This document shows positions 1 through 12,304 of a DNA stretch of 64,000 nt, in pieces. This DNA is from Eutreptiella sp. 'Long Island Sound 2002' (lineage: Eukaryota > Protista > Euglenida). The notes beneath the pieces were generated by a model. It made no database searches. It was not told the origin of the DNA and saw only the letters and a list, made by a program, of their open reading frames with translations. The stretch spans positions 196,974,001-197,038,000 of the forward strand of contig OZ038378.1 of the NCBI GenBank assembly GCA_964036045.1. Reading direction: 5' to 3'. The position numbers and the translations under genes were made by a program. Numbering within the stretch: position 1 is the stretch's first letter; every line of letters begins with the position of its first letter.

Positions 1-137
1 GAAATGCCTACGGTAAAAAATTGCACAAGCAGGTTGTTTACCTAGGCACTATTGGTGGTCTTTATATGCAGCGACTGACAAAAACTATTCCACAAGAGTT
101 GCGTCACGAGAATGGGATCCCTTGTCTGTTCCCTACT

Positions 138-803
138 TGGATGCTGAGCTTCCGTGCACGACATGGCATCACGAAATTGAGGTGAACTTTGAACCGCTCC
201 TTCCTAGTGTCGCGCTGCGTGCCATTGCCTGCTATCCATGTTGCGCCATTTTTGTCAAAGACAGGCCCGCTCGCTCGTTGTCGCTCCACGGCGCCTCATG
301 CGCTCCTAGTCTCGCGCTCGCTGCCTCCACGAGCTGCTCCTTGCCTGCATGTTGCGCTCGCTCCCTCCGGTGTGTGCATTGTGTCTTGCAGAGCGGTCAC
401 GATAGAGCGACTGCCATCAAGTGAGCTAATGCTGATCAATGACAACCAATGGCGACGGCTGTTCATAGAGATCATGCAAAGACCATGCGAACATGGAGTC
501 ACTGGCAGCAACAGAGATGATGACATCCCTTCCTATTTGGAATGGGCTTTGGATGAGACGGTCCTGCAGTATTGCCCCAAAGAAAGGAGGATGCATGTGG
601 CGGACGAGTCCAACCAAGTTTGCTTGAGGACCAGCAACGACAAGACGCAGTTGACAGCAACACCATGTGTCAACAAAACTGGTGAGGTTGTCGGTATGCA
701 GATCATTGCAAGAGGGAAGACAGCCCGGTCGCACGCCGACATTCCACCAGGTGGCCTACTACTTGATGCAGCGTACCAAAACCACTGTAAAAAACCGGTC
801 TAG
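138..803 (+). pseudogene. pogo/Tigger-like DDE transposase remnant
   Basis: One frame carries WMLSFRARHGITKLR (end of a CENP-B-type HTH, 138-182), an in-frame TGA and about 230 bp of unrelated sequence. It then reads WALDETVLQ...DKTQLTATPCVNKTG...QIIARGK, matching the first Asp region of DDE_1. Downstream is decayed. Confidence 0.65.
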
Positions 804-3800
804 ATTAGAGCAATTTTTGAGGGAGAGTTTGATTGGTTTTGGATGAACACTTCTTATCCCGTAGCCGCAGGCCATAGTTTTTATTGTTCAAGCCCATTGG
901 GGCCGTTGTTAAATAGTTCATTGTGGTACAAAGTAACGGAGCATTGCAATGGGCAAACAACCGTTAAAGTTTCGCATGTGGGTGTCATCCAACGGTGAAA
1001 GCTTTGATTTGACCCTTTTAACTCACCCAATGTCGGCCGTGGACAAAATAGCGAACGGGCCATGAAGTTCCAATGCTACGCGTACATTGTATGCCTATTT
1101 GTACGAATTAGCCAATGTCCGTGAGCACATAGGCTTCGTCGGGTCGCGCAATGGATGCGTACAATTTTCCCAAATCGACAAGAGAAACAAGCACTTTTTG
1201 TACCAGCTGTTTGGTTCACTATTGACTATGAAACTTACAGCACTACGTGGATATGAGGGACATATCACCCACGCAATCCTCTCGACTTCGAAAGTGACAT
1301 GGCGCAGCGGACCGCTGACGGACAATATGACAAGCCGCAAGGCTATCGTTGTACCACCCATTCATTCATTCATTCTGTGGCGGCTTGTACCCCCGCCTGG
1401 GCAAGTCCGCGTGTGTCCGAAAGAAATGGTATGGAGAGATAGGGTGTAGCCGTAACATAGGAGGTGAGAATGGGCTGGGGCCTCGGTTCAGTGCTGTTGC
1501 GTAGTACCATGGCAATCCCATCGCAACATAACGTAGATTGGATCTATGTTAAGGCCATGCTTCATGTTTGTGTCGTGCCGTGCCGCTGTGCGGAGAGATG
1601 TCGCCACTGTTCATACTGCCGGTACAATCATGATCCGCAGCACATCATCGGCAACTCTAAACATGCCGTGAAGAGTTTTGACAAACCATGCAAGAGCATG
1701 TGAAACAGACGATCAACCACCATGTGTGCACATGCAGTGGTTTTATTCTTTGGGGCTATCCTACTTAAGAGCCGTACAAGATGATGGACTCTCGGATGTA
1801 CCAATCGGACTACAATGGTACAACATGTCTGACATTGCTAGAGGCAGTGGATCGAAGAATTATCCAAAGAGCTAATGGACTACTAGATACAAATGGAAAG
1901 GTTTTTAGCAAGAACATTTTCCAAATGTGCCAGCCTGAAAAACAAGATTAAGGACCTAGACCTAGGCCTATGCAAGCTAATTTGCCAAATGCAAAAAGGA
2001 CTTCGGGCCACTACCACCACCACCACCTAGTTGTAAAAAAAATTGGAGAGATGGGCCGAAGGAGTTTGGGTGTCAAGGAATCTGAAGAAGGCCCTAGGAA
2101 GCTGTATAGGGGCTGCGTGAAGAGATACAGCACGGGATACAAAACTGCATCTACGCGGGCTTGTGGATGAGTACAAGAAGGCAAAGTGCCCAAAATGCTA
2201 TTCGGCATGCTTCTTGGCCGCCAAACATGCTGGTATAGCCGTGCGTCTAGTCATCGAGTACGGCGATGTCAATTAGACAACAGAGAACCCTTCTACCTCC
2301 CTCCGCAACATAGAGCGTACCTTGGTGCACATTTCCAAATGATGTTTGAAGACAAGATGGATAAGAGGAGCGGGTCCTGAGAAGTAGACCTCGCTCAGGG
2401 GGCACAAGAACTCGTAGCCTTCTTGACTTTCAAGCAGAGAGTGGTCAAGCGGCTAAGAATGCTTTTCAGTATGCACACCAGGAACTAAAATAAAAAAACT
2501 AAACTATGGAGGCCAAACCGGTAAAAGCTTGAGAAATTCCCAAAGAAGTGATTACTCTCTATGGTACATAGCGGATACCATGCTAATTTGCACAGTTTCA
2601 ATCTTCTGTTAAACTTCAAGGCTTTCAAATTGACGAGCCTGGCAAAAAAAATGAACAAGTGGCTCATCTGCGAATGAATGTGATAACGAGCTGCAGAACA
2701 GGACCTAAGATCTTGACCCCGAGCAAGGTTTGAGCCTGCTATCTCACAAATAACAATCAGCTGTGGTAGCCGATTGAGCTATGAACTACAACATCCAGTG
2801 TACGACTCAAACCACCAACCTTATGATTCGATTTTAAATGCATTATCCAATTACGTCACATGGGCTCTGGTTTTTAATTGCATGCCACAACACTTGAATG
2901 TGTAATCTTTTAAACCTCAAAGCTCGAAACTACCCATTGCACTATGAGACCATAATGTCACATGGCAATGTGGAACGTGATGCATTCTATGACAGCTCCT
3001 GCTACACCCTTTACGACGTCCGTCCCATTGCTCTCACAACCGATTACAACAATTCATGCACAATGGTGATGTTGATGTGCTCAACCTGAGTCTAAAAACT
3101 TTGAAAGCTGACTTCAATTGGTAATTCCTAAATAAACATCCCAAATGATACCATAAAAAAATCAAGAAATGACACTACGACATGAGGCCGTTGTAGCAGG
3201 TAGGATGTTTCGCTCACAAATTATGGAGGGTCCATTAGCAATTCAATAGATTGACCAGGGTACGACTCAACATGTATGGGAAAAAGATGAACGGTGAGAA
3301 TGGGCATTTACAAACGGTCTTTTAATGCTTGTGGCCCAGTTTCTTTCATGGCCAGAAATAGGCAGCAGTGGTTCAAAAAAATTGTCTTCCAACGTATCTA
3401 CATACGTACCTCGGCTAGCATACTTAGTTTGAACCAACAATGCTACAACTAAGCACAACTTGCACTACCATATATTGCTTCAGGGTTTGATCGACTGAAA
3501 TTGCCGAGACGATTGATGAAATTCGCATGCTGAAAACCTAAAATTTCTCTGAACCGTCCAAATTCTGCACCACTTCTCTCACTCATGTGTGTCGGTGTTG
3601 GGTTCTCATACTGTGCATTGTGTCGATCATAGTTGAACTGATCCAACTCTCCATAGGCTCAGAACAATGCAACTTGGGGGGATACACATGAAATCAACTT
3701 TTCAAAATGGCTGAAATTGTTGCCAGAAAACTTTTGAGTGTAATTTGGACACCGATCCTTTTCTAAATCAGGGTTCTCAACCTTCAATTCACCATGGGCT

Positions 3801-5004
3801 GAGTATGGTGATATAGAATTGTAAGCTGAAAAAAATAAGATCAAGAGTGGCGATGGAGCAAATACACAAATATGAATGTAGAAGCTGTGGTGAAAGCCTT
3901 CATTAGACCCCTTGGTGGACCTCTTTGTCTACATGTGATGCCAAATAGATAAACCACTTTGGGATCAGCACTGATCATATTTGAATTCTTTGAAAAAAGA
4001 CTTTAAAAAATGGGGGTAAATTTTCAAACTTATTTGCTATTTTAGAGTTCTGGAGGCTTGGGGGGGGATCCTAATCCACACTGCACTGCACCCCAGAAAT
4101 CAGGCCAAAAAATGCTGATGCAGAAATCATCCCCTCAAGATGAGACCTTAGGTTCAATGCCCACCATCCCTTTTGCTTTTGCAACACCTCTGATCTACCA
4201 CCCCTCCCTGTATAAAACATTCGAGTCTGGCCTCTTCTTCCCTTGTGAGACTGACTCCCAAGCGGTCAGGTTTTTGGCTCTTAGGGTCCCAGGGGCACCT
4301 TTCCCTCCTCTGACTCCCTGGGGGCACCTTTCTTCTTGAGACTGACTCCCTGGGGTCAGTTTTGCCTGTTCTGCCATATGGCTCTAGCTGTTCAGTGCAA
4401 CAACAAGAAAAAACAAACGTGAGGTAGCAGGGGAAATTATGCTGCGTAGCACACGATGAGCATCGGCATTTGGCACAGATGCGCTGGTGCAGGCAGATCC
4501 TCAATGCAGCGAGTGAGTGTATGATCCTGTGCTTGGGGGTGAGTTCACCACAGAGGCATAACAGATCAAGTGCACTTTATCCAAGCAGTTCTAGGGCCAT
4601 GCACCCCTTCAATCACTGCACAAACCTGCCTCAAATAGATACGGGAAAAGATGTGCGCATTATGAAACACCAGGATATGTGCTCACTGTCCAGATCAATG
4701 TGGGCCAGCTTGGATCTCTCCATACCGTCCCTTGACACTGCAGTTTTGTTGGCCTACTCTCCAACTGTCCATGAGCAGAGGTTATCATCATTGATTGGTG
4801 CTCAGCTACCCAACTGGCTGTGTTAGCTATCCTTGGGGGATGAGGTTCCATCAATGCAACCGGTTGTTGTTGTTTGTTCTTTTCCGGGGGGGGGGATGGA
4901 TGTCAGGGTAAAACTCATGATTGTATTTTGCAACTTTGTACTCGTGCTGTCATGCAGGACACGGGCCAGTAACTGGCTCTTTAATCCCTCATATGTCCTC
5001 TTTG

Positions 5005-5880
5005 TAAAGCCCCCCCCCCCCCCCTCCGGTGGTGCCGAGTCTTTAGAGAAGCCAAAGGTGCCAAGTAAAATTTTTGGTCTACACTAATTGGTGCCAGAGA
5101 AAATTGTTGATCGGCCAAAGGCCCGGAAAAAAAGTTGGCCCAATTTTTAAGGGGGGGGGGGGGGGTTGGGACTCCACCCCCCACCAGACCACGCCCTTCT
5201 GGTGGCGAGATGTGAAAGCAAGCCATGCACTCCCCACACTACCAGAGTTCAATTCCAAACCGGCGTGACCCGCGTGCAAGCGTACTCAAGATTTCACTGC
5301 GTGCAAAAATGATACAAACAAACAACACGTGGTTGGGAGCCGGTTGGGGCGAGGGCTTCTGAAGCTTCTCTATTTTGCCGATCCCAATTGGCTGACCCCA
5401 ATTGGCAGTGCATGTCATGTTCACGTTTTTGGAGGTGCTGATTCCCCAGCACAGTTATCACTGACGATGGTCAGTTGGCCCCCCCCCCCCCCCCCAAGGC
5501 AGCTATGTAGGCACTGCAGCTGTCTCCTCCTGTTGGGTATCATGCCCAACGATAGGCAGGCACTCCTCAATAGTAGGAGCCACGGCCAGGGCTCCTTTTA
5601 AGAGGGCTGGGGGGGGGGGTCCAGCCCCCCCCCCCCCCCCCTGCAACCGGTGGTGCTGAGTATTTAGAGGCGCCGAAGAAAATTTTGGTCTAAACTAATT
5701 GACGCCGAAGGCACCAGAGAAAATTTTGATCGACCGAAGGCCCGGAAGAAAATTTGGCCCAACCTTTTAAGGGGGGAAGGGGTGGTGTGGTGTGGGTCCA
5801 GGGTGGGGAGGGGTGGGGTGGGGTGGGACCCCCCACCACCCCACCCCCTCTCCCAGTGGTGCCGAGTTGTTAAAAGAAGC
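5005..5880. mobile_element. MITE-like repeat family with G/C-run ends (copies about 5005-5170 and 5600-5880; partial inverted copy 7151-7262)
   Basis: Shared core ggtggtgc(c/t)gag...aaaatttt(t)ggtc...gagaaaatt...gatc...aaggcccggaa...ttggcccaa..ttttaagggggg seen three times. Confidence 0.6.
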
Positions 5881-7383
5881 CCTAGCCACGGCCCAAAGCC
5901 AAAGGCAACGAGCCTCGCACGTCAGGTCTTGGCGTTCTTCCCTACATTCACTGCCCCCATCGCCTGGCCCATCTTCTGCAATGCAGGCCCCTGTTCACGT
6001 CAGAGACCACCGACTCTGAGCAAAGAATGCCATGCAGAAGGCAAAACGGGGACAGTGCAAGAGTAGTTTGCGGGTCAGTCTTGAGTGCTGCACATGAGCA
6101 GCCTGTGCTTCGGGTCAGTGGCCGGACAAGGTAGTCGTCGCATACGGCAGGACACATATTTGCGTCGCCAGCCCCGTCAGGCCTATGGGGTAGTGCCGTA
6201 GCCACTGGCATCACATCTGTGAACATTGGAGGAAGCCTGAATAGTAGAACAGCATCCCCCACACACACATGGCACGCCCGGTGCCCCGTACTACACCCTG
6301 TGGGGCACCACAAACCTCCTCGGCCCATCACACACACACACACACACACACAAAGAGAGAACCCAACCTCAATCACACACATGCACAAAGCCACTTAGAA
6401 GCACGACATAGCCGACAAGACGGTTGCTGAGCCACTGCAGAGTACAGTAAAGTGTACAGACATCCTTAATGGGGCCGCATAGTGGGAACGCCCACAGTTG
6501 TGTGAAAAAAAATCGTATAAGTGGCCGCATAACCCCCGTCATATTGGGGTCCCCAGAGCGGGGAACTCTTGGGTGGTGTGTAGGATAGCACTGGTTGGGG
6601 GCATTGTGGCTTGAGAACATGCGCGGCGCACATTCCCCGTTCTCAAACTGTTGTTCCCTGTTGGTGTAGGTAGGGGGTCTGGAGGGGTGAGGGGTCCAGG
6701 CCTTCACATAACCAACCCCTGCGGCACACACACCACCACAAGCTTATGGGCAATCGTGCATGAAGCACCGCCATACGAAACTACACTTTTTTTGACCATA
6801 TACCTTCCCAGATTGCCAAAAATAGGCAACTTAGGGACAAAATTGGTGATGTGAGCCATTATTCAGCCATAAAAGTGATTGTGAATGATGAACATGAACA
6901 AAAGGAAGGGGAATGTTTTCAACTTCCATGGTAAGGGAGGGGGGCAAAGGGTAGGGAATGGCTATTTTTAGGGATAAAGTGGCAATTTTTAGCACTTTCG
7001 AAGTTACCATCTTTATGATCACCAAAAAACGCCTGCAATCTTTGAAATGATTGCTCTGTTCGGGTACCACCCCCCCCCCCCCTCCCCCGAACAAGTTCCG
7101 CTTAACAACTTAGCACAAAACGGGGGTTTGGGGTGGGTTCGCCCCCGTCCTTAAGTGATTGGTCCAATTTTTGCTCCGGGCCTTTGGCCAATCAACATTT
7201 TCTTCAGGACCAGTAGGGGGGGGGGGGGCACCGACCACCCTCGGAAACCCCCCCCCCCCCCTAAAGTGGAACTCTGCTCATGAACCTTGAATGTTCCCCC
7301 ACAATGGCTGACAGTGTTTGCTGAGGAAACTGTCAGTGATGGCGAGAGGGAATTGGGGGGTGGGGGGATGGATATGCGGACGC

Positions 7384-7660
7384 CATACCCCCAACTAAAA
7401 AGGGGCCTGTCCATATTCCCAACCGAAAAGGAGCGACCCCATGTCCCCAACCGGAAAAGGGCCCATCCATATCCCCAACCGGAAAGAGGCCACTACATAT
7501 CCCCAACCAGAAAGGAGGCGGTCCATATCCCCAACCAAAAAGGGGCCTGTCCATGTCCCCAACCGGAAAGGGGCTAGTCCATATCACTTACCAGAAAGGG
7601 CCCCGTCCCTATCCCCAACCGGAAGGGTGCCAGTCCATATCCCCAACTAGAAGGGGGCCA
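7384..7660. repeat. Degenerate minisatellite, about 28-bp unit x10 (ccatatccccaaccggaaagggg...)
   Basis: Ten successive units read directly. Single related units occur at about 14665-14697 and 46347-46372. Confidence 0.85.
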
Positions 7661-8416
7661 CAATAAACTGTTGATTATCATCACATCCCCCCCCCCCCTC
7701 CCCGTTAACCCCAACTCAAGGGCCCATACTTAAGCATGGGAGTCCATCAGGATTCAGAATTGGTTGATGGCCATTATCATTTTCTTTTCGTTGTAAGTGC
7801 TGTATTTTTTTTCCAGTAAGCGTGAGTAACAGAGAGTGGTGGCAGCAGTTGGGCCGGGGAGGCGAAATACGCTGACAATGAGCAGTGGTCATGGTAATCT
7901 GCAAGACAAGGAACATTGAGTACACATGGAGCAGCAAACAAACACTGTATGTGCCAAAGGCATGGGGGAAATTGTTTCTGATCAATGAAAAAAGTTCCCG
8001 AAAACCAGGTTTTCAACGGAATTAGAGCAGAGGGCGGACGGTCGGAGGGGGTCTAGGGGTGTGCCCCCACCCCCCGCCCTCTGCCGGAATGAAGATTAAA
8101 GCAAAGCCCTGCCCCCATCCTTACTGCCTGCACCAATGTTACACTCAAGGCACAGGCACACCAACAACAGCACAACAACAACATTCACTACTGCACACGC
8201 CAGTGCAGTAATCTTCTGCCTGGAGGCTGTAGCCCCCCCAAAACGACACACACACACACACAGACATACTTCGTAAAACAAACCAGGAAAAAACGAAGAA
8301 CCCAGTGTGTAAGCACAGTGGGTTCACACACAGGCTGTCACAGCGAGGCACGGCGTGCACTGGCCTTCCAACACGTCGTCGGGGCAACGATTCAAAACAA
8401 AGATGGCATGTCATTA

Positions 8417-8450
<34 letters not shown>

Positions 8451-8620
8451 GCCACACAAACCCACACCCACCACCAAATCCAGAAGCCCAGCAGCATCCA
8501 CCCGCAGCCACAAACCCACACACCCACACCCACACACCCATCCATCCCCCAGCACGCACCCACCCACACGAAGCCAATGGGACGCAGAGCATCACATGTC
8601 CGCACGCGCACACACCTGCG

Positions 8621-9049
8621 CTACTTCCGCACTTTGATAGGCCACAGCGACCGAGGCCATATTGACAGGCCGTACAGCGAGTGCGTCCCGCCATCAATGG
8701 CGGCCTGCGCATCTTCATTGGAATCAAACCTCAGCCGCACGGCCTCCTCATTGAATTCCACCAACTTCACGGCCTCCGGGAAGACTGACTGCAGGATGCC
8801 GAACAGGAGGTTCTTGCCCAAGTGGATATCTGCCTTGCGGTTGGTGCGCCACCCTTTGGCCTCGCACCGGATCTCCCGGCCAAACAACTGCACCGGCGAC
8901 TTGTCGATGGCCGCCTGCCGCGTGTTGCCTTCGAAGAGCACGTCCGCCACGTGCAGCGTGGGGGACAGCTCCATCTGCTCGATCCCCGGAAACAGAGTGT
9001 TGATCGCTTTGTCCACGAGTTCGTGCCGGTCCACTACGACGCACACGTC
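8621..9049 (-). CDS. Exon 2 of a putative RNA-binding protein with two degenerate RRM-like repeats
   Basis: Acceptor ccccag|GAC is phase 0. The frame is open to the stop at 8621. It contains VADVLFEGNTRQAAIDKSPVQLFGREIRCE and VRLRFDSNEDAQAAIDG, both RRM beta3-alpha2-beta4-like. Confidence 0.65.
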   Translation of the reverse strand, partial: DVCVVVDRHELVDKAINTLFPGIEQMELSPTLHVADVLFEGNTRQAAIDKSPVQLFGREIRCEAKGWRTNRKADIHLGKNLLFGILQSVFPEAVKLVEFNEEAVRLRFDSNEDAQAAIDGGTHSLYGLSIWPRSLWPIKVRK

Positions 9050-9061
9050 CTGGGGTGGTGT

Positions 9062-9864
9062 CAAGGATGTGTTGGAAGAGAGGAGGGGGGGGGGGAGGGG
9101 GTCTGGAACCCAAAAGTCTGTGTACCAAAAATGGCCTCAATCAATATTGCAAACTTCATTTTGTCCCACTAGGAAATCTGGGGCCAGGGGCGGGGGGCGA
9201 TGGCCAGGCGCCATTCTGGCCCCCACACCACAGCAAGGTCAGTGGCCCCAGGGTTTACTTGGGTGTGGAGGAGAGGGGGAGGAGTTTTTGCACCCCCCCC
9301 CCCCTCACTGGGTTTTAATTATTCCTGTCCTGGGGCCGAGCACAGGGGGCATGGGGCCATACCCGCATCTCAACCAGATCTGACTGCGCCAGCCGCACCC
9401 TTTTGTACTCCGGAAGTTTGTCTATTTCAATGGAGTCCTCCATCTTCCGCTTTTTGGTCCCCGCGGGAGTTTTCGAGGGGTCCAGCTTTTGCTGTTTCTT
9501 GGGGGCTTGACGGGCAGCAGCAGCAGGCTGACTTGGGTCCCCGACCCTGACCTTGTACTTCTTCTTCACGCGCTGGTTGGAGTCTGTCATTGTGCAGCAC
9601 ACAAGGACAAGCGGTCCTGCGGAGGACATGTCAGGAAGAGCGTACTAGAAGGGGGGCGGGTTTGGCTGGGACCCCCTCCTCCTAGGGTCCCCCTATGGTC
9701 CCCGCCAAAGGCGGGCCAAAAGTTTTTAAGCTTAAATTACCTTGGCGCCGAATCAAAATTTGGGCTGTCAGCCTCAAACATTGGAAGGCCAGGGGGGGGG
9801 GAGTCAAGAGGGGGGGGGTACCCCCCCTCCTCCTACGGTGTACAGCCATTCTAATACATCACTG
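9062..9864. mobile_element. MITE family with CAGGGATGTATTAGAA-like TIR (copies about 9062-9310 in the intron, 9635-9864; another at about 32330-32486)
   Basis: TIR variants caaggatgtgttggaa (9062), ttctaatacatcactg (9849-9864) and ttctagtacatccctg (32471-32486). Shared internal blocks are cccaaaagtctgtgtaccaaaaat and cccccctcctcctacgg. Confidence 0.6.
9363..9590 (-). CDS. Exon 1 (or upstream exon) of the RRM-like gene; basic, NLS-like N-terminus
   Basis: MTDSNQRVKKKYKVR...TKKRKMED...LVEMR, then donor CGG|GTATGG in phase 0. The 313-bp GT-AG intron (9050-9362) joins in frame to exon 2. Confidence 0.6.
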
Positions 9865-10979
9865 CCCACCACCCCCCACTCCCACCCTTGTACCACACCC
9901 CACACAGACTCTGTGCAGATATCACCATGATCACCCAAAGGGGGCAAAACAAAACGACGACAGGAGGAGGAGCTGGAACATTTTTTGCGGGGGTCCAGGC
10001 TGTGGTAAGCTGGTGAAGCCCGCTCACCAGATGGCACTCAGGAAATCTCTTGGAATCAAGGATCACAGCTGTCCGATGCTACGATTGTCCCACAAAGCCA
10101 TGGCAACAGACAGGCACCCCCCCCCACCCCCCCGGTGTCCAGCAAGAGTCCCCAAATAATACAGTCCGAACACCAAGTGTTTGTTGGACACGCCGTTCGG
10201 TGCGAGCGGCCAGGTGCAAGTAGAGAATCAGTCATGGTGGGCAATAGAGGTCCTATAGTTGAGGGATCCTAGTACCTTGCATCCTGTTGTACAATTTTTA
10301 CAAGCACTATTGCAACACACATCACAACAGCCCTTCAGTTACCCCATCGTCAAGCCTAAATCATGCACTCTGGGACTCGGCACTTAATTAATTTGGGTAC
10401 CAACGTAATACCGTCCGAGCACCAAGTGTTCGTTGGACAAGCCGTTCGCTGGGCACAGAGGGGGGGGGGGGTGGAGGAGGAACTGGAACGTTGTTGGAGG
10501 GTCTACACCTTTTCCCAAAGAACACAAATACCAATGTGTCTGTAGGTGATTTCCTGCGCCAGTCGATCACCCAAGCCCCTGGAACACTCTACCTATGCCC
10601 AGACGGTGTGACAGGGCAAACCTTACGGATGGTGTGGGGGAGGAGGGGTAATGAGCCTTGCAGTGTGCACTGAAATGCCTGCGCGCCATTGACAATCTTC
10701 GAATGCGGCGAATGGGCCTGCGTGCAGCAGTTCATGTGAACTTGACAAAGTGCGGACCAAGTCACTCATTTCATGAACACAAAACAAATACACTGCATGT
10801 CCACAGGATCACGCACTGTGCGCTCTCTGCTACGTACCTTCAACACCTGCTCTTTGCTGTCGCTCGTCATCACTGTCATCATCTCTGTCATCGTCACTCG
10901 AAACACTCCCTCATCTATTCCACCTGTTTTTTCTTCTCCTTGCCTATGTACAGCCTAGGGGGTATCATACAAGAAGGCA

Positions 10980-11700
10980 CTCAGGAAGAGGATTCAGACT
11001 CGACATCAGTCAGATGGCTTGAAGGTCTCTCTCGGCAGAATAGCCATTGCCACACATCAATGTGCCCAAAGGCCGCAGACCTCTCTGGCATCTGGGGCGT
11101 GGTGGTGCAGCAATGGCTGCCACACCATAGCATTCTCAAGAATTCAGACGTGATAGTGCAGCGGAATGACTGATGGTTCTGGAGCATTGACGGTACTGTA
11201 TAATCTCAGTTATGTGTAGGTGAGCCAGTTGAATTCTGTTGATATTGTAGTCCAATGGTGCCTGAGAAGGAGTGATGCACTTCTGCCGATGGCACACATG
11301 AGTGCATGTCCGAACGGGAAAATTTTTTTTTCTGCACGAGAGACCCATATGCCTCAGTACGATGACAGAGACGGGTGTGCATGGTGTAGTGCGCAAGTTG
11401 GTTCGCACTTGCAGCAAGGTGAGTTCTGTCTCATGAAAGGTGTGCCACTGGTTGTTGACGTCGTCAAAGCAAAACAGAATAACGACGTCCTGTGCCAATG
11501 ATAGTTTGACGAAGTGGTGGTTGTGTGTTGGCATCACATGACTTGTTGGAGGGAGTGTGGTACAGGCGCGCGATGTTCCAGCAAGATTAGGGGTGAGGAA
11601 GGAGGGGGAGTGGGCATTTAGGGGGCGGACGTTGCATCCAAGATTTCTTGCACTTGTAGACACAGCTGGGAGTGTCTGTCTGTTTGAAGAAGCAAAAGTG
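10980..11700 (-). pseudogene. Heavily decayed non-LTR RT fragment
   Basis: Weak motif echoes: ILFCFDDVNNQWHTF (DFxKAFD-like) and HRQKCITPS (RQGCPLS-like). Confidence 0.3.
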
Positions 11701-12304
11701 CACATGCTGGGAAGATGCTAGGAAGATGGGAGCTCTATCAGAGTCTCAACCATGGTAACGCAATTTCTGGTTTTGATTTTTTAATACATTTTGGGGGCTA
11801 AAGGGTGCAATGGCCCGTGTTGTTTTAAGACCTTTGATGTAGGTTTAAGAGGCACGTTCTTGAGTCATGTGTTTTTGAACCGGACCGGCACCAATTTACC
11901 TCATCTATCCCACTATCTGTCCCACTCCCACTGCCTGCCACTCTCCCTCTGATTAATCTCGGTATTCCACTCTTGAGGAAAATGCAACTCGCGTACGGGG
12001 AATGCACGGGCAACTTGCGTACCCCATGCACACGTACCACCCACATACCAAAAAAAAAACAGAAAACAACCAGGTTGCTTAGAATGCATCGCGCGTACAC
12101 CTTTAATTTTAAAGAAAAAAAACAAGACCACAACAGAACCACCCTTGCTACGAGGAGGTGAAAGTTTTTTTTTGTGATCAAATGGACCGACAAAGAGAGT
12201 GCTAGGGGGTGCAGAGGGCAAGTTCAGACTACAGATTTTGGTGGATCACCCGGAGTGAACATACGTGATACAACTTGGGATTGCCCCCCCCCCCCCCCAT
12301 GGTT

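Noticed and set aside
1450-3700. Possible DIRS-like RT/RNase H/tyrosine recombinase remnants (NREPFYLPPQHRAYLG; AHSHRSSF)
   Set aside because: Motif echoes are too weak and stop-ridden to support by eye.
4400-5600. Possible decayed L1-type RT (YRPLTLQ)
   Set aside because: Single short motif with no continuous frame.
7384-7660. CRISPR-like array
   Set aside because: The units are contiguous degenerate repeats without unique spacers, there are no cas genes, and the context is eukaryotic.
9062-9368. Nonconventional intron in the RRM-like gene
   Set aside because: A canonical in-frame GT-AG intron (9050-9362) explains the junction.
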